Assembly (NCBI GenBank): GCA_963664225.1
Contig: OY760937.1
Location: forward strand, 576,001 to 640,000
DNA: 64,000 bases
From: Verrucomicrobiia bacterium
GTDB taxonomy: Bacteria > Verrucomicrobiota > Verrucomicrobiia > Limisphaerales > UBA1319
Reading direction: 5' to 3'
The notes under the pieces are model-generated. The model did no database searches and was not told where the DNA came from. It saw only the letters and a list, made by a program, of their open reading frames with translations. Position numbers and translations under genes: made by a program. Each line of letters starts with the position of its first letter. The stretch's first letter is position 1. Of this stretch, positions 50,992-60,346 are shown one piece after another.

Positions 50992-51567
50992 ATGAACACA
51001 ATGCAATTTACCGGTCGTTGTCGGTTGATTTTGTTCTCCATCTTTTTGGCTGCTTTGGCAGGTCAATATGATCGCCGAGCATTTGCTGGAACCGAAACTA
51101 ATCTGATGGGAACAAACTGCCTCCGCATCGAACTTCGAAGTTTGGAATCAACGAATAAGGCGTGGCTTAGATGGAACATTGTTTTGAGTAATTCTGAGCC
51201 ACAGGCGGTGCTCGTGAGCACTGCTGCGGTCAGGTCGATGTTGTGTGCAACCACATTGGAGGACGGGAATGGGAATATTTGGCGGGTAAAGGCATCCAAT
51301 GGGACAAATGTTCAGTCCACTATGGGAAAGGATAATTATATGCTGATTCGACAATACAAAACATTCGAAACCTCAATTGACACAGATGGAATCGATGTAA
51401 AACTTGCCGGGTCAGGCGGTGCCAACGTCACACAAAAGACCTTTGCCGTAAGATATAGCATTGATGCTTTCGTAAAAACCTTCGACTTCACTTCTCGCCA
51501 GCCCAGCAACCGACGGTGCATCGGTAAAGGCGCAGTCGATCTGCCTGCCGCCAGTCGAAACAGATAA
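50992..51567 (+). CDS. Hypothetical secreted protein (lower GC)
   Basis: Signal-like N-terminus; no family recognised. Confidence 0.55.
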   Translation: MNTMQFTGRCRLILFSIFLAALAGQYDRRAFAGTETNLMGTNCLRIELRSLESTNKAWLRWNIVLSNSEPQAVLVSTAAVRSMLCATTLEDGNGNIWRVKASNGTNVQSTMGKDNYMLIRQYKTFETSIDTDGIDVKLAGSGGANVTQKTFAVRYSIDAFVKTFDFTSRQPSNRRCIGKGAVDLPAASRNR

Positions 51568-51634
51568 GCCAAAACAATGCGAGCATGTCGTCTTTACGTT
51601 TCTGAATTCTAGTCCTGAACCCTTACGAAATTGC

Positions 51635-52048
51635 ATGATCGCCACGCTATCTTTGTTTGGAATCGAGAAGGCTCCGCTGAATAGCGATGTCGTGCTGGTG
51701 GGTTTGCATTCCCTGATGGGGATCGGCAAAGCATATCTTTCGTTGGTTTCGTTGGTGAACTTGTGCGTTTTGAGATTGCTTTGCGCAATAGTGGCGAAGG
51801 AGCAAACTGAATTCCGAGAAGTCTTTTGCGTGTTTATTATCGCAATGCCAAGTGAGATGCTGATCAGCGAATTGACTTCCCGATTCATGGGTGTGTTTTC
51901 CATCGTTCCGATCTTTTTTGTTACGATGCTTCTCCTGATGCGATTTTGCGGGATTGTTTTGACGAAGGCAGCAGCCATAAGCGGCCTGTATTACGTTTAC
52001 CAGGCGATTTCAATTATTCTTGTGAGAATGGTGTGGTTAAAAGTGTGA
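51635..52048 (+). CDS. Hypothetical membrane protein (possibly partial)
   Basis: Hydrophobic ORF; start uncertain; competing minus-strand ORF. Confidence 0.35.
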   Translation: MIATLSLFGIEKAPLNSDVVLVGLHSLMGIGKAYLSLVSLVNLCVLRLLCAIVAKEQTEFREVFCVFIIAMPSEMLISELTSRFMGVFSIVPIFFVTMLLLMRFCGIVLTKAAAISGLYYVYQAISIILVRMVWLKV

Positions 52049-52074
52049 CAAACGTTCAGCGGGATTGCGGTTAA

Positions 52075-52323
52075 ATGGATGACGTTACCATCAAGAAGAC
52101 GATTGCGCTTCTCCGGCAGGCACAGGGTGACGAGCCAGCCATGCGGGATGTGCTTCTCAATTTTGTTCGAGAGAGCTTGAATGCCGGGATGACTCTGGAA
52201 CAAGCGATTTCGATGCTGGCACTGGGTCCAGACAGCGTCGCCTCACGCGCATTGTTCACCGAAGAAGAACACCAGCGAGTGATTCAAATCCTCCAGAACT
52301 GCAGTTTGGGCGAGTTGCTATAA
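52075..52323 (+). CDS. Hypothetical small helical protein
   Basis: 82-aa ORF filling the gap before ruvB. Confidence 0.55.
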   Translation: MDDVTIKKTIALLRQAQGDEPAMRDVLLNFVRESLNAGMTLEQAISMLALGPDSVASRALFTEEEHQRVIQILQNCSLGELL

Positions 52324-52376
52324 GGGCGCGGTTTAGCCTTGAGGGGCGGGGGGTGTTTTCATAGGGTTTGGCTCTT

Positions 52377-53396
52377 ATGGCCGAACGCACCGTAACCGAT
52401 ATCCTGACCAAGCCCGACGCCGTGTTGGAGATGACACTGCGGCCCTCGCTGATGAGCGAATTTGTGGGGCAGGCAAAGGTCAAGGAGCGCCTTGGAATTG
52501 CGGTGGAGGCGGCCAAGCAACGCGGCGAGTCGTTGGACCACATCCTGTTAAGCGGGCCTCCGGGTCTGGGGAAGACGACTTTGGCCAGCATCATTGCCAA
52601 GGCGATGGGGGCGAATTTGAAGAGCACCAGCGGTCCCACGATCGAAAAGGCGGGCGACCTGGCCGGTTTGTTGACGAATCTGGAAGAGGGGGATGTGCTC
52701 TTTATCGATGAAATTCATCGCCTGCAAAAAACCATCGAGGAATATCTTTATCCGGCGATGGAGGACTTCAAGCTGGACATCATCATCGACCAGGGGCCCA
52801 ACGCCCGCAGCGTGCGGCTGAATCTGCCGCGGTTCACGCTCATCGGGGCCACCACGCGCAGCGGACTGTTGACCGCGCCGCTGCTGACGCGGTTTCCGAT
52901 GCGCGAGCGCGTGGATTATTACGAGGCCGGGCAATTGCAGCAGATTGTGGTGCGGTCCGCGCGGTTGTTGAATATCGATATGGACCCGGCCGGGGCCTAT
53001 GAAATTGCCCGACGCAGCCGGGGGACGCCGCGCATTGCGAATAATCTATTGCGCCGGGTGCGGGATTACGCGCAGGTGCGCGGGGATGGCCGGGTGACGG
53101 TGGAGATTGCGGACCAGGCGCTGGCCATGCTGGAGATCGACCAGAATGGACTCGACGAGATGGACAAGCGGATTCTGGAGACGGTGATCGTTAAATTTGG
53201 CGGCGGGCCGGTGGGGGTTTCCTCACTGGCGGTGGCCGTGGGCGAAGAACCCGACACGATCGAGGAGGTTTATGAACCCTACCTGATCATGGAAGGGTAT
53301 TTGAACCGGACGCCGCAAGGCCGCGTGGCCACGGAATTGAGCTATGTGAAACTGGGGCGCAAACCGCCGATGGGCGCGCAGGGCCGGTTGATTTAG
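52377..53396 (+). CDS. ruvB: Holliday junction branch migration helicase RuvB
   Basis: [50 protein letters not shown]. Confidence 0.98.
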   Translation: MAERTVTDILTKPDAVLEMTLRPSLMSEFVGQAKVKERLGIAVEAAKQRGESLDHILLSGPPGLGKTTLASIIAKAMGANLKSTSGPTIEKAGDLAGLLTNLEEGDVLFIDEIHRLQKTIEEYLYPAMEDFKLDIIIDQGPNARSVRLNLPRFTLIGATTRSGLLTAPLLTRFPMRERVDYYEAGQLQQIVVRSARLLNIDMDPAGAYEIARRSRGTPRIANNLLRRVRDYAQVRGDGRVTVEIADQALAMLEIDQNGLDEMDKRILETVIVKFGGGPVGVSSLAVAVGEEPDTIEEVYEPYLIMEGYLNRTPQGRVATELSYVKLGRKPPMGAQGRLI

Positions 53397-53408
53397 AACA
53401 TCTGATTC

Positions 53409-54740
53409 ATGAGCCTGAACCGCAGAAAATTCGTCGTGGGGATGGCGCTGCTGGGTGCAATGGGCGCCACTGGCGGGCGGGTGGCGCGCGCTTTGGCCGC
53501 GGATGCGCCGGAGATTGTTTCCACAGGGCCGGGGGCTTCCATTGGCGTGTTCGATCGCACAATGACCGACTACATGCGGGAACGCAAAACCCCGGGCGGG
53601 GCGTTGGCCGTGATCAAAGAAGGGCGTCTGGTGTATGCGCGGGGCTACGGTTGGGCGGATCGTGAAAAGGGCGAGGCCGCCACACCGGGAACGCTTTTTC
53701 GCCTGGCCAGTATTTCAAAACCGATCACGGCTCTGGGTATCTTCAAGCTGGTGGAGGAAGGGCGGTTGAGTTTGGACGATCTGGTTGTGGACCGGCTTTC
53801 GCTGGATCAGCGGCCCTTGAAGCACGGCACGAAGGACGCGCGATGGAAGAAGATCACCCTTCGGCATTTGCTGCAACATTCCGGGGGATGGAACCGGGAT
53901 CGATCGTTTGATCCGATGTTTCGGCCCGGGACCATTGCATCGGCGCAAGGCGTGAAAGCGCCCGCCGGGCCGTGGGCGATCATCGATTACATGCGCGGGG
54001 AGCCGTTGGATTTCGATCCGGGCCGCGAATATGTGTATTCCAATTTTGGCTACTGCCTGCTGGGGCGAGTGATTGAACGGGTCAGCGGGATGGAATATGG
54101 CGATTACATGCAGCGGCGCATTCTCGAGCCTTGCGGTGTGCATAACATGCGGCTGGGACGCACGCGATTTGCGGAACGCGCGCCCCATGAAACGCGGTAT
54201 TACACCGAGCCTGCGCGGTTGGTTTCCAGTGTGTTTGAAGGCGATGACCATAAAGAGCGGGAACGCGCGGCCGAACCTTACGGTGGGTTTTATCTGGAGG
54301 CGATGGACGCTCACGGGGGATGGCTGGCGTCGGCCGTGGACTTGGCGCGGTTATCGGTGAAGATCGAGGATGTGAGCCAATGCCCCATATTGAAGGCGGG
54401 GACGCTTTCCAAAATGTATGAGCGGCCCGCACCGCCCTTGGGAGTGAATGCGAAGGGAGAACCGGCGGATGCGTATTACTCCGGCGGTTGGATGGTCCGA
54501 CCCAACGGGACCGCCGGGAAACCCAACTACTGGCATTCGGGGAGCCTGCCGGGAACGTTTACTTTATGGGTCCGGCGCGGGGATGGGGTGAGCTGGGTGA
54601 CGCTGTTTAACCAGAGGTCGGAAGACGCGCATTTCCCGGACGGGACGATTGACGCGGCGATGCATCATGCGGCGGATGCCGTGCGCGAATGGCCTGACGT
54701 GGATTTTTTAGAGGAGGTGCATGACAAAATTCTTCGGTGA
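53409..54740 (+). CDS. Serine hydrolase, beta-lactamase class C/CubicO family (Tat signal)
   Basis: NRRKF; FRLASISK (SxxK); YSN; WHSGS. Confidence 0.9.
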   Translation: MSLNRRKFVVGMALLGAMGATGGRVARALAADAPEIVSTGPGASIGVFDRTMTDYMRERKTPGGALAVIKEGRLVYARGYGWADREKGEAATPGTLFRLASISKPITALGIFKLVEEGRLSLDDLVVDRLSLDQRPLKHGTKDARWKKITLRHLLQHSGGWNRDRSFDPMFRPGTIASAQGVKAPAGPWAIIDYMRGEPLDFDPGREYVYSNFGYCLLGRVIERVSGMEYGDYMQRRILEPCGVHNMRLGRTRFAERAPHETRYYTEPARLVSSVFEGDDHKERERAAEPYGGFYLEAMDAHGGWLASAVDLARLSVKIEDVSQCPILKAGTLSKMYERPAPPLGVNAKGEPADAYYSGGWMVRPNGTAGKPNYWHSGSLPGTFTLWVRRGDGVSWVTLFNQRSEDAHFPDGTIDAAMHHAADAVREWPDVDFLEEVHDKILR

Positions 54741-54917
54741 AAAAGGAAGGACTCTTAATGAATCCCCTCTCTCCGGCTCTCTCCCCGCTCGTGCCTCGCA
54801 GGGCGAGAGAGGAGAATGGCGCGACCGGTGCATTCAGTTTAGCGAGGAAATTCTCCCTATATACTTTTATGGCGTTTTAGGGCCTTTGGATTTCCTGAAG
54901 AATTTTGTCCTGCGCCC
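54715..54917. mobile_element. MITE-like element (~200 bp), same TIR family as 42651-42970
   Basis: aggtgcatgacaaaattcttc ... gaagaattttgtcctgcgccc (18/21); internal REP hairpin near 54765; overlaps the last codons of the serine hydrolase. Confidence 0.7.
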
Positions 54918-54981
54918 TGTGGATTTGTCTGGCAAAGAGTTATGATGCGGGGGAGAAGCGGCTTTAATTTAAGAATTTCAC

Positions 54982-55776
54982 ATGCGGCAATATCACGAAC
55001 TATTACGGCTGGTGCTTGAACAGGGGAAGTTCAAGCCAGACCGCACCGGCACGGGCACTTATTCGGTGTTCGGCGCACAGGCGCGATTTCCATTGGCGGA
55101 CGGATTTCCACTTCTCACGACCAAGAAACTGCATCTCAAGTCGATCATCCATGAGCTGCTGTGGTTCCTGTCCGGCAGCACCAACATCCAATACCTGCGC
55201 GATAATGGCGTGACGATCTGGGACGAATGGGCGGATGCCAATGGCGATCTGGGGCGGGTGTATGGGGCGCAGTGGCGGGATTGGCGCACGGCGGACGGGC
55301 GATCGATCGACCAGATCACGCAGGTCATCGGGCAGATCAAATCCAAGCCGGACAGCCGCAGACATATCGTGACGGCGTGGAATCCGGGCGAGGTGGAGGG
55401 GATGGCGCTGCCACCGTGCCACGCGCTGTTTCAGTTTTATGTGGCCGATGGCGAATTGAGCTGCCAGCTTTACCAGCGGAGCGCGGATTTGTTTTTGGGG
55501 GTGCCCTTTAACATAGCGTCCTACGCGCTGCTGACCCTGATGGTGGCGCAGGTGTGCGGATTGAAAGCGGGCACATTTGTTCACACCTTCGGCGATTTGC
55601 ATCTGTATAAAAACCACCTCGAACAGGCGCGGTTGCAATTAAGCCGGGACTTGCGTCCACTACCGACCATGACGATCAACCCGCTGGTGAAGGATATTTT
55701 TGGGTTTCAGTATTCGGATTTCACGTTGAGCGGTTACGATCCGCATCCATCGATCAAGGCGCCGATTGCGGTATGA
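54982..55776 (+). CDS. thyA: Thymidylate synthase
   Basis: [35 protein letters not shown]. Confidence 0.98.
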   Translation: MRQYHELLRLVLEQGKFKPDRTGTGTYSVFGAQARFPLADGFPLLTTKKLHLKSIIHELLWFLSGSTNIQYLRDNGVTIWDEWADANGDLGRVYGAQWRDWRTADGRSIDQITQVIGQIKSKPDSRRHIVTAWNPGEVEGMALPPCHALFQFYVADGELSCQLYQRSADLFLGVPFNIASYALLTLMVAQVCGLKAGTFVHTFGDLHLYKNHLEQARLQLSRDLRPLPTMTINPLVKDIFGFQYSDFTLSGYDPHPSIKAPIAV

Positions 55777-56240
55777 AATATTTTCAGGCGATAGCGGCCA
55801 TGGCGGAGAACCGGGTGATCGGGTGCGGGAATAAAATACCGTGGCATTTGCCGGAGGACTTTAAGTGGTTCAAGAAAATGACCACCGGCCAGGTGATTGT
55901 GATGGGGCGCAAAACCTTCGAATCCATCGGCAAGCCACTGCCCAATCGGGAGACGATCGTGCTGAGCCGACACGGCGCCGAAATCCCGGGCGTGCGAGTG
56001 GTAAGGTCGCTTTCGGAAGTCGCCATTGAAAATGAGACGCGCAAGGTGTTCATTTGTGGCGGCGCGGAGGTGTATGAGCTGGCGCTGCCGTTGTGCTCGG
56101 ATCTGTATCTGACACGCGTTAAACGCACCGTTGCGGGCGATGTGTTTTTTCCTGCGTTTGAGGATCGATTCGTTGAGGAAAGCCAGGTCGTGGACACGCC
56201 GGATTTTGAGATTATTCATTACGTGAACGAGGCGCTGTGA
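55773..56240 (+). CDS. folA: Dihydrofolate reductase
   Basis: VIG...[35 protein letters not shown]. Confidence 0.97.
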   Translation: MKYFQAIAAMAENRVIGCGNKIPWHLPEDFKWFKKMTTGQVIVMGRKTFESIGKPLPNRETIVLSRHGAEIPGVRVVRSLSEVAIENETRKVFICGGAEVYELALPLCSDLYLTRVKRTVAGDVFFPAFEDRFVEESQVVDTPDFEIIHYVNEAL

Positions 56241-56243
56241 AAT

Positions 56244-56260
56244 TGGGCATGCAGGTTGCT
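56244..56260 (+). promoter_or_regulatory. Candidate sigma-54 -24/-12 element
   Basis: TGGGCATGCAGGTTGCT: GG-N10-GC with TTGC, about 85 bp before the MBL gene. Confidence 0.45.
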
Positions 56261-56342
56261 CTATGATGGGATCGCAAATCTGAGAAACAGAGCGAGAGTG
56301 CCTGGCAGGACGGTGGGGGTTGCGGCGGCGATTTGGATTTAA

Positions 56343-57146
56343 ATGGACAAGCTGGTTTTAAATTGTTTCGGGGTGGGGGATGGATGGCCGTGTGCGGATC
56401 GCGGGCATTCCTCGTATCTCTATAATCTGGCTGGGGCGTCCGTATTGATCGACTGTGGCGAACCCCTGAGCCACACTCTCAAGCTGACCGGTCTGAGCCC
56501 GGACACGATCGATCAGGTTTTTCTTTCGCATCTTCATTTTGACCACATTGGGGGCTTCTTCATGCTGCTGCAGGGACTGTGGCTGCAAAAGCGCCGCAAG
56601 GAACTTCTGGTTCACATGCCCAAGGATGGACTGCGACCCATACGGCAGTTGCTCGATGTCGCCTGCCTGTTCGATGCATTGCTTCCGTTTCCATTCTCCA
56701 TGAAGGGCCTGAAGCACGGCCAGACTGTGCCGGTTGGAAATCTAAGAGTGACCCCATTGGCCAACCGCCATCTGAATGGTTTGCGCAAATCGTATCAACA
56801 GGATCACCCGCAGCAATACGAGGCCTTCAGCTTCCTGCTCGAGGCCGGCGGCTGGCGGGTGGGGCATAGCGCCGATATTGGCGGGGTGGAAGACCTGGTC
56901 CCGCTGGTGGAGCGTCCGCTCGATCTGCTGGTGTGCGAACTGGCGCATGTGACTCCTGAGAATTTGTTCGGCTTCCTGAGCGACAAACCGATCAAACGCC
57001 TGATCTTAACGCATCTGAACGATCGTTTATGGAAGCAGCAGGGGAGGGTTGCGGAACTGGCGCGGCGGATGATGCCGGAGATCAATTTTTCCATCGCCCG
57101 TGACGGGGAGGAAATTGTGGTGGAGCACGCAATCCAGGGTGCATGA
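56343..57146 (+). CDS. MBL-fold hydrolase, RNase Z-like
   Basis: LIDCGE; SHLHFDHIGG; HSAD; CELAH; LTHL. Confidence 0.85.
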   Translation: MDKLVLNCFGVGDGWPCADRGHSSYLYNLAGASVLIDCGEPLSHTLKLTGLSPDTIDQVFLSHLHFDHIGGFFMLLQGLWLQKRRKELLVHMPKDGLRPIRQLLDVACLFDALLPFPFSMKGLKHGQTVPVGNLRVTPLANRHLNGLRKSYQQDHPQQYEAFSFLLEAGGWRVGHSADIGGVEDLVPLVERPLDLLVCELAHVTPENLFGFLSDKPIKRLILTHLNDRLWKQQGRVAELARRMMPEINFSIARDGEEIVVEHAIQGA

Positions 57147-57339
57147 CAAGAAAAAGTAATTAGCATGGATGGACAGGATGGACAGGATTGGAAATGGGAT
57201 GCGTGAGCGCGGGCGGGGAAGCCACAGATTGGCACAGATAAACACAGATTTGGGAGGGGCACGATTGGGGGAAGGGACTGTGCAAGGCCAATATTTCACA
57301 TTGTAAATTGGCGGCAAACGGTTATGACAACCCACCGGT

Positions 57340-57834
57340 TTGAATGCAGAGGCACAATTTGGATATGCGATCCGGCCGGCGACTGCGAAAGATGCGGCTG
57401 CGCTGGGATTGCTTTTTGCCGCACATCTTCAGGCGCTGGGAGCGACACCCGATGCTGAATTGGATGCGGATATGGCGAACTATATGGCCGTTTATCATGG
57501 AACGGCCAATGGATTTTTGGTGGCGGAAAGCGATGCGGAGGGCGTGGTGGGCATGGGTGGGGTGGCCGATGGAGTCATCCGCAGGTTGCATGTGTCAGAA
57601 AAGTGGCGTGGTCACGGAATCGCCCGCGCGCTCGTGATGCGATTGATCTCGCGGCATTGTTCGGTTTCCTCCCAACCTCTGACCGCCCTGGTGGGGGGGT
57701 GGAATGTCCCGGCCCGGCGGCTTTTCCTGTCATGCGGTTTTCAACCGACGGGTCCTTTTTCACAGCACCCGAAAATGTCCGGCTGCGAAATACTTTCCTT
57801 CGTGGGTTCCTGCCCACCGCTGCGGTGCGTTTGA
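57340..57834 (+). CDS. GNAT family acetyltransferase
   Basis: IRPAT; IRRLHVSEKWRGHGIARAL; N.PARRLF...GF. TTG start uncertain. Confidence 0.75.
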   Translation: MNAEAQFGYAIRPATAKDAAALGLLFAAHLQALGATPDAELDADMANYMAVYHGTANGFLVAESDAEGVVGMGGVADGVIRRLHVSEKWRGHGIARALVMRLISRHCSVSSQPLTALVGGWNVPARRLFLSCGFQPTGPFSQHPKMSGCEILSFVGSCPPLRCV

Positions 57835-57898
57835 GTCGGCGCGCCCGGTGTCTTTTCCCTAAAAATCATTTATTAAATCATTGTATAAATATTAATGT

Positions 57899-58291
57899 AT
57901 GTTAGTTATTCCTGCACATATTGGCAATAGTTCCCTGGAAGGTCTGGGGGTGTTCACGCGCGATGCCATTCGCGCCGGACAGGTGGTGTCCCAGTTCCGG
58001 CCGCCGTTGGATGTGATGGTGACGCGCGAATTTGTTGCGGCGCTGAGCGAGCCCGAGCGGGCTTATCTGCATCATTTCGCCTATTTGAGCATGTTCCTGC
58101 ATGTGTATATTCTGACGGGCGATCATGACCGGTATATGAACCACAGCGGAGAGCCCAATGTGGGCATCGCGGAGGATCGCACGACGGACAGTGTGGCGTT
58201 GCGGGACATCGCGGCGGGTGAGGAATTGACGTGCGATTATCGCACCTTCGACGCCGAGTGGCAGCGGAAGCTGCCTTTCCTATGCAGTTAA
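57899..58291 (+). CDS. SET-domain methyltransferase
   Basis: GLGVF; YMNHSGEPN; IAAGEELTCDY. Confidence 0.9.
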   Translation: MLVIPAHIGNSSLEGLGVFTRDAIRAGQVVSQFRPPLDVMVTREFVAALSEPERAYLHHFAYLSMFLHVYILTGDHDRYMNHSGEPNVGIAEDRTTDSVALRDIAAGEELTCDYRTFDAEWQRKLPFLCS

Positions 58292-58962
58292 ACACGGATC
58301 ACGAACAATTTTACGACGCGGTCTTCGACCGCCGCGGGCCGGTGTTTCATCGGATGGCGTACACGCGGGGCGGTCTGTCCAAGAAGGCGCAGTTCGCCTT
58401 GTTCGAATCCCTGCATCTGCCAACGCCGCCGCATGGAACGGTTTCCGAACTGGCGGCGCAGCTTCAGACGGGCATGGAAACGGGGGCGGTGTCCGCGGCA
58501 TTGCAGGCTCATTATCAATGCGTGGTGTATGGGGACGAGCTGGCGCATCGCGGTGAGGGGAAGGAATTGCTCACTTTGATCGAGGCATCGGGACGGGATC
58601 CGGGAGCTTTTGCCTCGATGTTCATCCCGCAGAACGGTCCGCCGGTGTCGTTCCGGCTGATACGGTTTGGGCGGTTGATTTTTTGGTTGCGGCAGCAGGG
58701 GGAGAAAGGCGGTTGGCGCTCAAACCAGCGGGATGAGGAGACGTTTTTGGGCCGGGAAATGGCGCAGGGGACCAATCCCATTCCGCGGGTTTTGTGGGCG
58801 ATTGATTTTATTCCGGGTCCGTCGGGACTGCTGGCGGTGGATTTCAACACCGCGCCTGAATTGGTCACATTGGGGGAGTGCGGGGCGCTGACAAGTGATG
58901 AGGCCCTGGCAGAACTGGTTTTCGCGGCGGAACAGGCGCCGGAGCAGATGAAGCAGTTTTGA
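58282..58962 (+). CDS. Hypothetical protein, divergent ATP-grasp (RimK-like) fold suspected
   Basis: HRGEGK; WRSN; WAIDF...LAVDFNTAP resembles the RimK FRSN and GVD...EVNxxP motifs. Confidence 0.5.
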   Translation: MQLNTDHEQFYDAVFDRRGPVFHRMAYTRGGLSKKAQFALFESLHLPTPPHGTVSELAAQLQTGMETGAVSAALQAHYQCVVYGDELAHRGEGKELLTLIEASGRDPGAFASMFIPQNGPPVSFRLIRFGRLIFWLRQQGEKGGWRSNQRDEETFLGREMAQGTNPIPRVLWAIDFIPGPSGLLAVDFNTAPELVTLGECGALTSDEALAELVFAAEQAPEQMKQF

Positions 58963-59035
58963 AACAGGGGGTTGCCGGGTTGCGCACAAAAACCCTTTCA
59001 GGAATGCGTCCTTTCTGTTTTATTCGTGCCCGCGA

Positions 59036-60337
59036 ATGAAAGTATTGGTCATAGGTTCAGGCGGGCGCGAGCATGCGCTGGTGTGGAAACTGGCGCAATC
59101 GCCGAGGGTGACCCAGATGTGGTGCGCCCCGGGGAATGCGGGCATCGGCCAGGAGAGGCTGGCGGCCAAGGCCGCCAATGGACGCATGGTGGAGTGTGTT
59201 CAGATCAGCGCCGAGGCGCTGCAGGAGTTGTTGCAGTTCGCGACCGACAACCGGGTCGATATGACCGTGGTGGGGCCGGATAATCCGCTGGGCCTTGGGA
59301 TTGTGGATTTGTTTCAAAAGCACGGGCTGAGGATTTGGGGGCCGAACCAGAAGGCGGCGCAATTCGAGGCGTCCAAGGTGTTTTCCCAGCAATTCATGCA
59401 GCGGCACGGGATTCCGACCGCGCGGGCGGGGATGTTCCGGGATGCGGCCGAGGCGTGGGCTTTTGTGGGCACACTGGGAGGCCGGTGCGCGGTCAAGGCC
59501 GACGGACTGGCGCTGGGCAAGGGGGTGCTGATGTGCACGAATCTGGCGGAGGCGCAGGCGGCTGTGGACGAGGTGCTGGTGAAGAAGACGTTTGGCGCCG
59601 CCGGGGATTCCGTGGTGATTCAGGAGTATCTGGAGGGGATGGAGGTTTCATTGCATGCGTTGTGCGATGGGAAGGTGGCGCGGCTTTTTCCCACATCCCA
59701 GGATCACAAAAGGGCGTTCGACGGCGATCTGGGTCCGAACACGGGCGGCATGGGGACTTATTCTCCGACGCCATTCGTCAGCGCGAAAGAGATGGCGCGG
59801 ATTGAGAAGGAGATCGTGGAGCGCTGGCTGGCGGGATGCCGGGCGGATGGGATCGATTATCGCGGGATTATTTATCCCGGAGTCATGCTGACGGCCGAAG
59901 GACCGAAGGTGCTGGAATTTAATGCGCGGTTTGGGGACCCGGAGACTCAGGTGTATCTTCCGCTGTTGAAGAACGATCTGGTGGACGTTTTTGAAGCCTG
60001 CATCGATGGGACGCTGGGTTCGATATCGCTCGAGTGGTCGAATCAGAGTTGCGTGTGCGTGGTGATGGCTTCGGGGGGGTATCCCGGGTCTTATTCCAAG
60101 GGCAAGGTTTTCGAGGGATTGGAGGCGGTGGCGCCCATGCCGGGCGTGAAAGTATTTCACGCGGGCACGGCTTGCAAGGATGGGCGCGTGGTGACCAGCG
60201 GGGGCCGGGTGCTCGGTGTGACGGCGTGGGGGCAAAGCCTTGAGGACGCGCGGGGTCTGGCATATCAGGCGGTCGAAAAAATACATTTTGAAGGCGCGCA
60301 GTACCGGCGCGATATTGGAGCGAAGGCACTTAAATAG
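59036..60337 (+). CDS. purD: Phosphoribosylamine-glycine ligase
   Basis: GSGGREHAL; KADGLALGKGV; QDHKR; GPNTGGMG; EFNARFGDPE. Confidence 0.98.
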   Translation: MKVLVIGSGGREHALVWKLAQSPRVTQMWCAPGNAGIGQERLAAKAANGRMVECVQISAEALQELLQFATDNRVDMTVVGPDNPLGLGIVDLFQKHGLRIWGPNQKAAQFEASKVFSQQFMQRHGIPTARAGMFRDAAEAWAFVGTLGGRCAVKADGLALGKGVLMCTNLAEAQAAVDEVLVKKTFGAAGDSVVIQEYLEGMEVSLHALCDGKVARLFPTSQDHKRAFDGDLGPNTGGMGTYSPTPFVSAKEMARIEKEIVERWLAGCRADGIDYRGIIYPGVMLTAEGPKVLEFNARFGDPETQVYLPLLKNDLVDVFEACIDGTLGSISLEWSNQSCVCVVMASGGYPGSYSKGKVFEGLEAVAPMPGVKVFHAGTACKDGRVVTSGGRVLGVTAWGQSLEDARGLAYQAVEKIHFEGAQYRRDIGAKALK

Positions 60338-60346
60338 CGGATCACT

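Noticed and set aside
53409..54740. Serine hydrolase as an antibiotic-resistance beta-lactamase
   Set aside because: HSG rather than KTG at motif III and the overall layout fit the broad esterase/peptidase family; resistance cannot be inferred.
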